Shown here piece by piece: positions 44,268 to 51,996 of a stretch of DNA of 51,996 nucleotides. The notes under the pieces are model-generated. The model did not search any database and was not told the DNA's origin. It saw nothing but the letters and a program-made list of their open reading frames with translations. Position 1 is the stretch's first letter, and every line of letters begins with the position of its first letter. The stretch comes from Alphaproteobacteria bacterium. GTDB lineage: Bacteria > Pseudomonadota > Alphaproteobacteria > SMXP01. The position numbers were made by a program, and so were the translations under genes. The stretch covers positions 1-51,996 of the forward strand of contig JAJFIO010000033.1 in NCBI GenBank assembly GCA_021774915.1, in the 5' to 3' direction.

Positions 44268-44360
44268 TTGATGCGTAACTTATCCCCATACGATAAAAAT
44301 TGATTGATAATTCTCCTATTACGTGAATATTGAGTGATATGTAGAGGAGAGGATGGAGTG

Positions 44361-44774
44361 ATGTTGGTACCGGCTGTTCTGAAAAAAAAGGAAAACGATC
44401 AAAAAAGAGGAATTCGCCTAGCAATGCATTTAACGGCTATAGCGTTTTCTGTGTCAGTGGAGGAACTGCGGGCTGCAACGCGGCGCAAGGCGCCAGTAGC
44501 TTTGGCCCGCCAGGCGGCCATGTATCTGGTACATGTGACCCTGGGCATGAATTTGACGCATGTGGGCCGGGAATTCGGGCGAGACCGCAGCACTGCATCG
44601 CATGCCTGCCAACATATTGAGGAAATGCGTGATGACCCTCAATTTGACCGCTTGTTGGAATGTCTAGAACACACACTCAAAACCCTGGCGACACAGCCAC
44701 TTTCATATTCGCAACTTAGGAGTGCGCACCATCTGTCGATGTCAGCGCCTCTGGGCGGCACTGGCATCGTCTGA
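44361..44774 (+). CDS. DnaA domain IV-like HTH protein (GafY / GafA N-terminal-like candidate)
   Basis: VSVEELRAATRRKAPVALARQAAMYLVHVTLGMNLTHVGREFGRDRSTASHACQHIE matches the Bac_DnaA_C signature (R..ia.aRqiAMYL...t..S...IG..fgrDHsTV.ha). A GGAG RBS precedes ATG 44361. Confidence 0.7.
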   Translation: MLVPAVLKKKENDQKRGIRLAMHLTAIAFSVSVEELRAATRRKAPVALARQAAMYLVHVTLGMNLTHVGREFGRDRSTASHACQHIEEMRDDPQFDRLLECLEHTLKTLATQPLSYSQLRSAHHLSMSAPLGGTGIV

Positions 44775-44798
44775 ATCCAGGTGTAAGAAGGAATCATC

Positions 44799-45614
44799 AT
44801 GACGGCGCATGGAGAGATTGAGCGTGAAGCCAAGCGGGTATTGCCGCGTATGGCTACTCAAGGGGCGTTTGCCAAGCCTGCTAAAAAGCAGCAGTTCGGT
44901 ATTTTCGGGTCAAAAAATAAATGGCGCCACCCGCAACTTTACTGTTCTGAGGTCATTATGACCGCTTGGCTGCATCGCGAATTGGTGCGTCTGGCAAGTT
45001 TGTCCGAATGTCCAAATCAGGACACGGCGGTGAATGTGTATGTGTTGAGTGAGATTGGCCATCAATTTGTGTGCCGCCTCGGCACTGCAGAGATGCCTCA
45101 TCGCACCCAGCATGAGGTGCAGGGCAGGCGGTATATCCGTTCGACTGATAAAGCCAATGCATTTCATAGAGTCAATTTAGCGGAAACGCCGCTTGGCTGG
45201 TTGGTCAAGAGAAAGGGGCCAGATGGCCAGCCCCTGATCAGCGAAGCCGAATTCGCTGCGGGTGAGCGGTTGAGGGAAGACTTTACCCGGGCGCAAATGA
45301 CCCCGCGTGTGACCAGCGATTGGTCAGCGGGGCCTTCATCGGGCGCGCGTCATAGGGGGCCCTCTGACTGGCTGTGCGTGCAGGAAACGGCACTGGCCGC
45401 AAAAAAGCGCTTGGCCTTAGCCCTGGATCATGTTGGGCCGGGTTTAGCCGATATTTTGCTTGAAACGTGCTGCTATCTGAATGGCCTTGAACAGGCGGAG
45501 CGGGTGCTTGGCTGGCCACAGCGCTCCGGAAAGGTCGTTTTGCAGATCGGCCTGGCGCGTTTGGTGGAGCATTATGGAATGAACGGCACCCGGATTCCCT
45601 CCCGCTCCTTATAG
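44799..45614 (+). CDS. DUF6456-like protein (GafZ / GafA C-terminal-like candidate)
   Basis: 271 aa, starting 24 nt after the DnaA-C-like gene. It has ESPL-like LAETPLGWL and AGERLREDF segments, which I associate with the alphaproteobacterial family that follows DnaA_C-domain genes. This assignment is from memory only. Confidence 0.5.
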   Translation: MTAHGEIEREAKRVLPRMATQGAFAKPAKKQQFGIFGSKNKWRHPQLYCSEVIMTAWLHRELVRLASLSECPNQDTAVNVYVLSEIGHQFVCRLGTAEMPHRTQHEVQGRRYIRSTDKANAFHRVNLAETPLGWLVKRKGPDGQPLISEAEFAAGERLREDFTRAQMTPRVTSDWSAGPSSGARHRGPSDWLCVQETALAAKKRLALALDHVGPGLADILLETCCYLNGLEQAERVLGWPQRSGKVVLQIGLARLVEHYGMNGTRIPSRSL

Positions 45615-47048
45615 CCATCTCGAGATGATAAAAAAGATGACCCCTGATAAAAGCGCTGCCGAGGGCACAGTCACGATCCAGGCCGCCGCAATGGTCAGCA
45701 ATTGTTGCCGCCTGACCAGACGGCGCTTTTTTTCCCTTTTCTTCAAAGGGGCTCCAGGGTTTTCTCTTATCGGCTTATTGGCCAACATTTCGCGTAAGAA
45801 GCCAACGCCAAATATACCGCCCACTGCGATATGGGTGGAACTCACCGGCAGGCCCAGAGCGGATGCAATGATGACCGTAATGGCCGCCGCTAAGGCGATG
45901 CAAAAAGCGCGTGTCTGATCCAGCCGCGTGAGCTGCTTCCCCACAACACGGATGAGCTTGGGGCCGTAGAGCATGAGTCCCAAGGAGATACCCAAACCTC
46001 CTATAGCCATCACCCAGAGGGGAACACTGACTTTACTGCCCACTGCGTCGCCCCCGGCCACGGAGACAATGGCGGCGAGGGGGCCAATGGCATTGGCCAC
46101 ATCATTGGCGCCATGGGCAAAAGAGAGAAGCGCCGCACTGACGATCAGCGGTATATTGAACAAGGTGGTGACATGTTTGCGCCGGTTGTCCAAACCGTTT
46201 GCGGCGCGCCGGGTCAGGGGCCGGACGGCAAAAGGAACAATCAGTAGCAGGCTGATGGAAACCAGCATGACGAAATTGCCTGATGGTTTCCAGATTTTCT
46301 TGAAACCTTTCATCATCAGATAGGCTGAAAAGGCGGCGGTCATGAGGGCCACGAGTACCGGCACCCAGCGCACGGCCGCTGCGATTTTATTGTCGCGTTG
46401 GTAAATGAGCACGCGCACGATTTGATAAAGCCCGGCTGCAATCAGACCGCCCATAAGCGGCGAGATGACCCAGCTCGCGACAATTTTGCCCATCGTGAAC
46501 CAGTTGACAATATCGGGCCCGGCGGCTGCGATCCCTGCGCCGACCACGCCGCCGACGATGGAATGGGTGGTGGAGACAGGCGCGCCGATCCATGTGGCCA
46601 GATTCAACCACACAGCGGCCGCTAACAGGGCGGCAATCATGGCCGCAATGAAAATAGATGAATCGGCGATCATGTTGGGATCAATAATGCCCTTGGAAAT
46701 GGTCGAGACCACATTGCCCCCGGCGAGAAGGGCGCCGGCCGATTCGAAAACTGCGGCGATCAGAAGGGCGCCAACCATGGTCAAAGCGTTTGCGCCAACC
46801 GCTGGCCCGACATTGTTCGCAACGTCATTGGCGCCAATGTTGAGCGCCATATAGCCCCCGATGGCCGCTGCGATGGCGATCACATATCCCACGGAGAAAT
46901 CGCCATAACGCATTGATGTAAAGACAAGAACACCGATCAGAAATAAAAACCCCATGCCCAGCGGAATGAGGCTCTGGCCCTGAGAGATCGCGGCGGCCTG
47001 TAGTTTGCCAATTTTTTTAAGATCTTTGTCGAGCCCCGGCTTCGCCAT
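45609..47048 (-). CDS. pit: Inorganic phosphate transporter, PiT family
   Basis: Duplicated GANDVAN motifs (GANDVANNVGPAVG and GANDVANAIGPLAA) in a 479-aa polytopic protein. Confidence 0.9.
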   Translation of the reverse strand: MAKPGLDKDLKKIGKLQAAAISQGQSLIPLGMGFLFLIGVLVFTSMRYGDFSVGYVIAIAAAIGGYMALNIGANDVANNVGPAVGANALTMVGALLIAAVFESAGALLAGGNVVSTISKGIIDPNMIADSSIFIAAMIAALLAAAVWLNLATWIGAPVSTTHSIVGGVVGAGIAAAGPDIVNWFTMGKIVASWVISPLMGGLIAAGLYQIVRVLIYQRDNKIAAAVRWVPVLVALMTAAFSAYLMMKGFKKIWKPSGNFVMLVSISLLLIVPFAVRPLTRRAANGLDNRRKHVTTLFNIPLIVSAALLSFAHGANDVANAIGPLAAIVSVAGGDAVGSKVSVPLWVMAIGGLGISLGLMLYGPKLIRVVGKQLTRLDQTRAFCIALAAAITVIIASALGLPVSSTHIAVGGIFGVGFLREMLANKPIRENPGAPLKKREKKRRLVRRQQLLTIAAAWIVTVPSAALLSGVIFFIISRWL

Positions 47049-47132
47049 TCTTAACCCCCTGTTGCACCTGCGTTGTGTTCGTTACCTTAGGCGCTGGCGC
47101 GAATCAACGCTTTTGCAGTGACGGAGACATAA

Positions 47133-47471
47133 ATGCAGGAATTGGACACACTCTACCTTGATATAGCCCGCGTGGTTGAGGGTGCGGATCTGGGGCGCAA
47201 GACCCGGAAGCTTCTTGATGCCGGACTTTTGAAGATGGCCAAAAAAGTGGGTGAGGAGGGGGTGGAAATTGCCGTTGCCGCCATGAAAAACAATTCAGCC
47301 CAGGCGGCTGTGATTGAAGAGAGTGCCGATCTGTTTTTTAATCTGCTGGTGCTGTGGGCGCATTTGGGCATCACGCCAGCCCAGGTGGAGACTGAATTGA
47401 CCCGTCGCCGGGCGCTGTTCGGTATTGCAGAAAAACCCGGCTCCAGCGAGGCCGTTAAGGGGGAGAAGTAA
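47133..47471 (+). CDS. hisE: Phosphoribosyl-ATP pyrophosphohydrolase
   Basis: 112 aa with KKVGEEGVEIAVAA and EESADLFFNLLVLW motifs. Confidence 0.88.
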   Translation: MQELDTLYLDIARVVEGADLGRKTRKLLDAGLLKMAKKVGEEGVEIAVAAMKNNSAQAAVIEESADLFFNLLVLWAHLGITPAQVETELTRRRALFGIAEKPGSSEAVKGEK

Positions 47472-47480
47472 ACCTGACCC

Positions 47481-47912
47481 TCAGGCGGTCTCAGCCATTC
47501 GCGATGCATCCTGGCGAATGCGCTTGACCATGGCGGCCAGGCCGTTTGAGCGTTGCGGGCTGAGATGTTCGTCAAGGCCGAGACGGTGGAAAAGGCTTCC
47601 CGCATTCACAGACATAATCTCTTGCGGCGTTTTGTCATTGTACAGACGTAACAGGATGGCGATCAAGCCCTGAACGATGTGGGCATCGCTGGTCCCTCTG
47701 AAGGAGAGCGTGAGCGGTGGCCCGTCTGACCGATCGCAGATCAACCAGACCTGAGAGACGCAACCTGTTACCTTCGATTGATCGTTTTTGAGCGCCTCAT
47801 CAAGAGGTGGCAGTTTTTTGCCCAGTTCGATGACATAGCGATAGCGGTCTTCCCAATCTTCGAGAATTTCAAAATCATCGATCAAGCGTTCTATGGTATC
47901 TGAGTTGGGCAT
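47481..47912 (-). CDS. sufE: SufE-family cysteine desulfuration protein
   Basis: DWEDRYRYVIELGK and VTGCVSQVW (active-site Cys), with QGLIAIL. Confidence 0.85.
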   Translation of the reverse strand: MPNSDTIERLIDDFEILEDWEDRYRYVIELGKKLPPLDEALKNDQSKVTGCVSQVWLICDRSDGPPLTLSFRGTSDAHIVQGLIAILLRLYNDKTPQEIMSVNAGSLFHRLGLDEHLSPQRSNGLAAMVKRIRQDASRMAETA

Positions 47913-47922
47913 TCATCAGTAC

Positions 47923-48432
47923 TCATTCGGGAGAAGACGCTAGTTGATGAAACCGTTTGTCGCTCAGCCGGTACGTTAAAACATCGTCAAGGTGAACAAA
48001 TCCATAGCGGTCATAAAAATTCCGAGCCGGGTTTGCATGAACAACGTTCAATTCGATGTAATGGCATATGCGGGTTTCGGCGATGCGCGCAATTTCTTTC
48101 ACAAGCGACCGGCCGACGCCTTTGCTGCGGACGCTTTCATCGACGAAAAGGTCTTCAATAAACAATCCCCGGCGCCCCTTCCATGTTGAATATGTGGCGT
48201 GAAAAAACGCCATGCCGACAGGCTGTCCGTCCACTTCGGCGAGAATGCACTCAAATTGCGGGGAGGGGCCGAACCCATCTCTGATCAGGTCGTCTTCAGT
48301 GGCTGTGACGTGTGTTTCCTGGTTCTGGTAAACGGCCAGAGCTATAAGCATTTTCAGCATGCTCCCGACATCATCTTTTGTGGCCGGACGGATGTTAACC
48401 TTCGATTCCAACTGCAACTCGCTAGTGTTCAT
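47923..48432 (-). CDS. GNAT-family N-acetyltransferase
   Basis: The acetyl-CoA motif VDESVRSKGVGRSLV (Q/RxxGxG/A) in a 169-aa protein. Confidence 0.8.
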   Translation of the reverse strand: MNTSELQLESKVNIRPATKDDVGSMLKMLIALAVYQNQETHVTATEDDLIRDGFGPSPQFECILAEVDGQPVGMAFFHATYSTWKGRRGLFIEDLFVDESVRSKGVGRSLVKEIARIAETRICHYIELNVVHANPARNFYDRYGFVHLDDVLTYRLSDKRFHQLASSPE

Positions 48433-48650
48433 AAAATCGGCTCTCCTTGCCGGTCTAGCCTCTCAACGCTGTGCTGCGTGAGAAGGGGGGCGGCCATCAT
48501 GCTGGATTGAGTGGCTTTGTACTTAAGCCAATCTGAGGTGATTCTCAATGGATTTAGGGGTTCTGGCGGCGAAAAACAGAAGTTTGGAGGGTAAAATCCA
48601 CGAAACGAGCCGCCCTTTAGGAAGCCTGCCGACGGTTAAGGTCAGGTCTC

Positions 48651-48956
48651 CTATCCCTCGTCAAGGCTTTCTGCTAGCCAGTCGTGAAGGGCACCTGTAA
48701 GGGACACGGCCTGGACATGGGCCATGCGGAGCGCCGCATCGCGCATTTCGCAGACTTTAGGCTGGTCCGAACAAAAATTCTGAACCGTTCCCATGAGGTC
48801 TGTGATCGTGTCTTCTTCTAGGTCCGGTACAATCGATTCTGATTGAGCGCCAAGTGTTCCATCAGGCAGCGGAAGATCAGCGCCGGACAGCGGGCTATAG
48901 GACAAGAGATACGCACAGAGGAAGCCCAGAAAAGCGAGACGAATGATAGTAAACAT
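48651..48956 (-). CDS. Hypothetical secreted small protein
   Basis: 101 aa with a signal-like N-terminus (MFTIIRLAFLGFLCAYLLSYSPLSGA). No family recognised. Confidence 0.4.
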   Translation of the reverse strand: MFTIIRLAFLGFLCAYLLSYSPLSGADLPLPDGTLGAQSESIVPDLEEDTITDLMGTVQNFCSDQPKVCEMRDAALRMAHVQAVSLTGALHDWLAESLDEG

Positions 48957-49083
48957 GGAAACCCACCAAAAGAACTGAAGATCATCTGGAACATAGGGTT
49001 ACCTTCTTGCGTTCACGTAAAGTCTTTGGTTTGATATTTATGAGAGTTTTATACTCATTGTCATGAGTGCCCCTCATAAGACA

Positions 49084-49190
49084 AGCCGTTCCGACTTTAT
49101 TTGACTCACAGAACGGCTCTAAGGTGTTGTTTGGTCGCATTTCCTTCACGCGAACCGGTGCCCACTTCGCTCGGAAATGCTCTAGGCGCA
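49084..49190 (-). repeat. Conserved alphaproteobacterial-type intergenic element: hairpin plus a core that pseudo-translates as HFRAKWAPVRVKEMRPNN
   Basis: The hairpin is AGCCGTTC (49084-49091) and GAACGGCT (49111-49118). The core CGAACCGGTGCCCACTTCGCTCGGAAATGCTCTAG is bracketed by GCTCTAAGG and GCTCTAGG. It resembles a motif seen widely in alphaproteobacterial intergenic DNA, from memory. Confidence 0.4.
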
Positions 49191-49218
49191 CGCCCGGCCC
49201 ATGTCTCCCCACAATGAG

Positions 49219-49248
49219 ATGAGGCGCCGCACTTGGGCGACGCCTCAT
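49219..49248. other. GC-rich stem-loop downstream of the lipoprotein gene
   Basis: ATGAGGCGCCGC-acttgg-GCGACGCCTCAT pairs at 11 of 12 bp. An A-run lies on its right and there is no clear U-tract on either strand. Confidence 0.4.
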
Positions 49249-49306
49249 GGAAAAAAGGGAAATTTTGCGGCTTGTCTCTACCAGACCTTTTGGGCTGGCA
49301 AAGTTT

Positions 49307-50467
49307 CTACGCACCCTGATCGAAAGAAACCAGCCAGTCCCAGCAATTCGCCCGTTCCTGGAGAGCGTGTTTTGCCGTGCAGTAAGCCAGTTCAGAGGGT
49401 CTTGCGGCGGCGGCTGTGCATTGAGCCAGATTCAGGCGTGCCCAGGTGAAGCATTGCGCCATGCCTTTATTGGACATGAGGCGCGCCACGGCAGGTTGGT
49501 TTTTACCGTCAGCCGCTTGCAAATTGATCCGGGCGGCAAGATCGAGGATGCGACCCATCATCGGGGCCATGCTGGCTTTTGCTCGTGCGGGCGGCATGGA
49601 AGGCGTGTGCGCGCGGGCGGTGAGCGATGAATCGGCGGCGCGCCAGATCAGAGCGCGGTTAAACCGATCAATGGTCAGGGCCGGATCCCATTTCGCGGGG
49701 GTGGCGGAGGGGGCCTGAGGGTCGGCTTGTCCCCACCGGCTTCCCTGGAAGATCAAGGCTTGCTTGTGGATGGTGTCGCCGAGAGATTTCATCAGGCCGA
49801 CTTCCTGCGTGATGAGACTCAACACGACCGGTTTCACATTCTTGAAATCAGAGAGGGAAGCGATATAGCCCGGCTTTTCCTCAATCCGCGAAAGGAGCTG
49901 ACGCCGGCCGTTCTTTTCCAGACGTTTGTTCAGGGCCTTCTCAAATTCCGGATTGTTGGCGACAGCTTCCGCCGTATAGGCGATCCAGCCTTCAGCCAGC
50001 TGTTCGGGATTGTGGGCGGCCAGGCGTTTGCCGGCGGCTTCCATGCTCTTAGGGGTGGTGATGGAAACCTTGCTTAATTCAATAAGTTCGCTACGGAACT
50101 CTTTGTAATCACGAGATATTTTAGTGATCTCGACCGGAGGTTGGGGCTTTGCGCGTGGTGTGACCGGCCCTTCATTGACGTAGCGGGCTTCTGCCAGATC
50201 GCTCTCTGAAGAGATGGTTTCAGGCACGAGGGGAGCATCGGAAAGAGCGGAGACCGGCGGCGCTTCAGGTGGCTTTGGTTGCGGGACGGCAATGCCGTCC
50301 GCCATCGCGACGGCGCGTTCAAAAGGATCAGTTTCCGGCGCGTTCACTTGGCTCGCTAGGTCGTCTTCATTGGGGGCAAATGGAGAGAATGAACCCAGAT
50401 CGGCGCACCCTGACAGGAAAATGACCGCAACAGACACTGTACTCAAAGTACTCAAATATTTTTTCAT
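49307..50467 (-). CDS. Hypothetical lipoprotein
   Basis: The lipobox is MKKYLSTLSTVSVAVIFLSGC. It has a Pro/Ala-rich linker and a Cys-containing C-terminal domain. No family recognised. Confidence 0.55.
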   Translation of the reverse strand: MKKYLSTLSTVSVAVIFLSGCADLGSFSPFAPNEDDLASQVNAPETDPFERAVAMADGIAVPQPKPPEAPPVSALSDAPLVPETISSESDLAEARYVNEGPVTPRAKPQPPVEITKISRDYKEFRSELIELSKVSITTPKSMEAAGKRLAAHNPEQLAEGWIAYTAEAVANNPEFEKALNKRLEKNGRRQLLSRIEEKPGYIASLSDFKNVKPVVLSLITQEVGLMKSLGDTIHKQALIFQGSRWGQADPQAPSATPAKWDPALTIDRFNRALIWRAADSSLTARAHTPSMPPARAKASMAPMMGRILDLAARINLQAADGKNQPAVARLMSNKGMAQCFTWARLNLAQCTAAAARPSELAYCTAKHALQERANCWDWLVSFDQGA

Positions 50468-50826
50468 ACCCAACCCCGTACTCACTTTCTCCAATCTTGA
50501 GCGTCAGAGAAGACACTGATTGGAAGTTCAAGATTTACAACGACGCCACTCTTAAACCCTGGACTTAAAGAACACTATACTTGATCAGCCTGAAGCTGCA
50601 ATACATTGCCCGTGTCAAGGGAAAGAGTGATGTGAGCGAAGTCTGAGTTTCAAAAGTGACCAGAATGTAAATGGGCTCATTTTAGGAAATATTGATATAA
50701 GAGCGCGCAAAACCGTCGAATTTTCAGGGATTTCGAGCCTCATCAGGGAAGGGATTCAGATTCTGTTAATCACCTAGAGGGCACGCTGTTAACAGGTGAT
50801 TCACCTCTTTTGAAAGTTGTGCGCCC

Positions 50827-51996
50827 ATGCGGTTTTTTGTCCAGGATTTTTCCTTGCGGGATCACAGCATCCATCCCTCGGTGCGTGCCTTTCCAATTCT
50901 GGCCGCGCAGCATCGCGGCTTCATGATTTGGCATGTGGCCGGGGCGGCACTGTTGACGGCGGTCACGGCGGTGCTGATGACCACCATAGGCTGGCCGGTG
51001 GAATTGCCTCTTGGGGCGGGGTTGTGGATGCTGACGCCGCTCTTGGCGCCACTGGCTTTAAGGATGACAGGTAATATGTATGCCTCTCAAGTGATTAGCC
51101 TCATAAGCTTATCCGGAATCATAGCTTTAGCCAGCCTGAATTCAGGTCAGGCGGCGGCCTCAGTCTCTATGGGTGTTTTGATTTTACCCAGTGTGGCAAT
51201 TCTCTACCGGGAGCGGCGGCTGATTATTATTGGCGGGCTTTTGGGCGCCTTGGGGGCAGGCGCGGTCGCGCTGTCGGGCCTGCCGATTTCCGGGCCTGGT
51301 GTGCTTGAGTATTTAATCACCTTGCTGGTTATTCTATCTGTGGTCACGCTGGTGGCAGTGCTGGTTGAGGCGCGCGTTATGAAGACTGAACGGGCGGCGC
51401 AGCAGGGCGAAGCGGACCTTCGTTTCCTCAGCGATCAGGTCACCGATATTTTGATGCGTCATGGCCCTGATGGGGACCTCATTTATGTTTCTCCGGCTAG
51501 TCAACATGTTCTAGGCCGGGAGCCCAAAGACCTTATGGGGCGATCTCTGTTAAGTCTCGTTCATAGTGAGGATCAGGCAGCGGTAGAAAAAATATTTGAG
51601 CGGGCGGGTTTTTTTGGAGGAGAGGCGAGCCTTGAATATCGTCTTCAGCACCAAGAGGGGCATTTCATTTGGGTCGAGACACGGCTCAAGCCCGTGATCG
51701 CGTTGGGGGTTGCCGGACTTGCGCCAACGCCCAAAGGGCTGCCCATGCCGGCCTGTTTTGAACTGGTGAGCGTGACGCGTGACATCAACGCCCGCAAGAC
51801 CATTGAACTGAAGATGGCGCACGATCTGGAGGTTGCGGAACTCGCCAATCAATCCAAATCCCAGTTTCTGGCTAATATGAGCCATGAATTGCGCACGCCG
51901 CTCAATGCGGTGATCGGATTCTCCGAAATGATCAAGGAGCAGACATTCGGCCCCGTCGGCGTTCCAAAATATCTCGAATATGCAGGTCTGATCTGT
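50827..51996 (+). CDS. Membrane-bound PAS sensor histidine kinase; 3' end lies outside the window
   Basis: The frame is open from ATG 50827 to the window end, 390 codons with no stop. It has about 5-6 N-terminal TM segments, a PAS-like segment (LSDQVTDILMRHGPDGDLIYVSPASQHVLG) and the HisKA H-box FLANMSHELRTPLNAVIGF. Confidence 0.8.
   Translation, partial: MRFFVQDFSLRDHSIHPSVRAFPILAAQHRGFMIWHVAGAALLTAVTAVLMTTIGWPVELPLGAGLWMLTPLLAPLALRMTGNMYASQVISLISLSGIIALASLNSGQAAASVSMGVLILPSVAILYRERRLIIIGGLLGALGAGAVALSGLPISGPGVLEYLITLLVILSVVTLVAVLVEARVMKTERAAQQGEADLRFLSDQVTDILMRHGPDGDLIYVSPASQHVLGREPKDLMGRSLLSLVHSEDQAAVEKIFERAGFFGGEASLEYRLQHQEGHFIWVETRLKPVIALGVAGLAPTPKGLPMPACFELVSVTRDINARKTIELKMAHDLEVAELANQSKSQFLANMSHELRTPLNAVIGFSEMIKEQTFGPVGVPKYLEYAGLIC

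Noticed and set aside
48982-49314. 110-codon minus-strand ORF in the intergenic region
   Set aside because: It is Arg-rich and has no RBS. It spans hairpins and the conserved intergenic element, so I treat it as non-coding DNA or RNA (see the finding at 48957-49306).
1-51996. Search for CRISPR arrays, transposases/IS ends, integrases, prophage structural genes, toxin-antitoxin pairs and known defence-system hallmarks
   Set aside because: I saw no regularly spaced direct repeats, no DDE/tyrosine-recombinase-like ORFs and no nuclease, helicase or methylase defence signatures in any of the listed ORFs. The only accessory-looking stretches are the AT-rich glyco-islet and the tRNA-Gln flank.

Overview
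The window looks like a chromosomal segment of a marine-type alphaproteobacterium. Lineage clues are a MucR/Ros regulator, a PAS_5-type protein, DUF2336 paralogs, a split GafA-like pair and a typical alphaproteobacterial intergenic element. I saw no CRISPR array, transposase, integrase or rRNA.

Gene content, left to right:
- Tail of a Liv-type ABC operon whose ATPase and acyl-CoA-ligase-like genes have degenerate catalytic motifs.
- An AT-rich sugar/glycan modification islet (about 2.9-8.3 kb): two methyltransferases, a GT41/SPINDLY-like glycosyltransferase, a WecE-like aminotransferase and an LbH acyltransferase.
- An SSF symporter, a class V aminotransferase and an LplT-PlsC-Aas triple fusion.
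- Divergent tRNA-Pro(CGG) and tRNA-Gln(UUG), followed by a roughly 1 kb non-coding spacer rich in inverted repeats.
- A TonB2/Ttp-type energy-transduction operon: DUF3450, long ExbB-like, ExbB, two ExbD, TonB and a TPR protein.
- ptrB, msrB, a GMC oxidoreductase, an MFS transporter and small envelope proteins.
- Two tandem DUF2336 paralogs, a long structured leader, an orphan ParF/ParG-like (type Ib ParA plus ribbon-helix-helix) pair and a CPBP protease.
- A 10-gene Mrp-like antiporter cluster in Mbh gene order (E-F-G-DUF4040-B-C-D-D-small-D/L).
- MucR, a PAS_5 protein, and a CI/LexA-like repressor divergent from a DnaA-domain-IV protein plus a DUF6456-like protein.
- PiT, hisE, sufE, a GNAT, two secreted/lipoproteins flanking a conserved intergenic element, and the 5' part of a PAS histidine kinase.

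The candidates I rank highest for new biology are the ParF/ParG-like pair with its DUF2336 neighbours, the CI-like/GafYZ-like module, the Mbh-ordered Mrp cluster and the AT-rich glyco-islet.

All family calls come from motif recognition by eye. No database search was possible.
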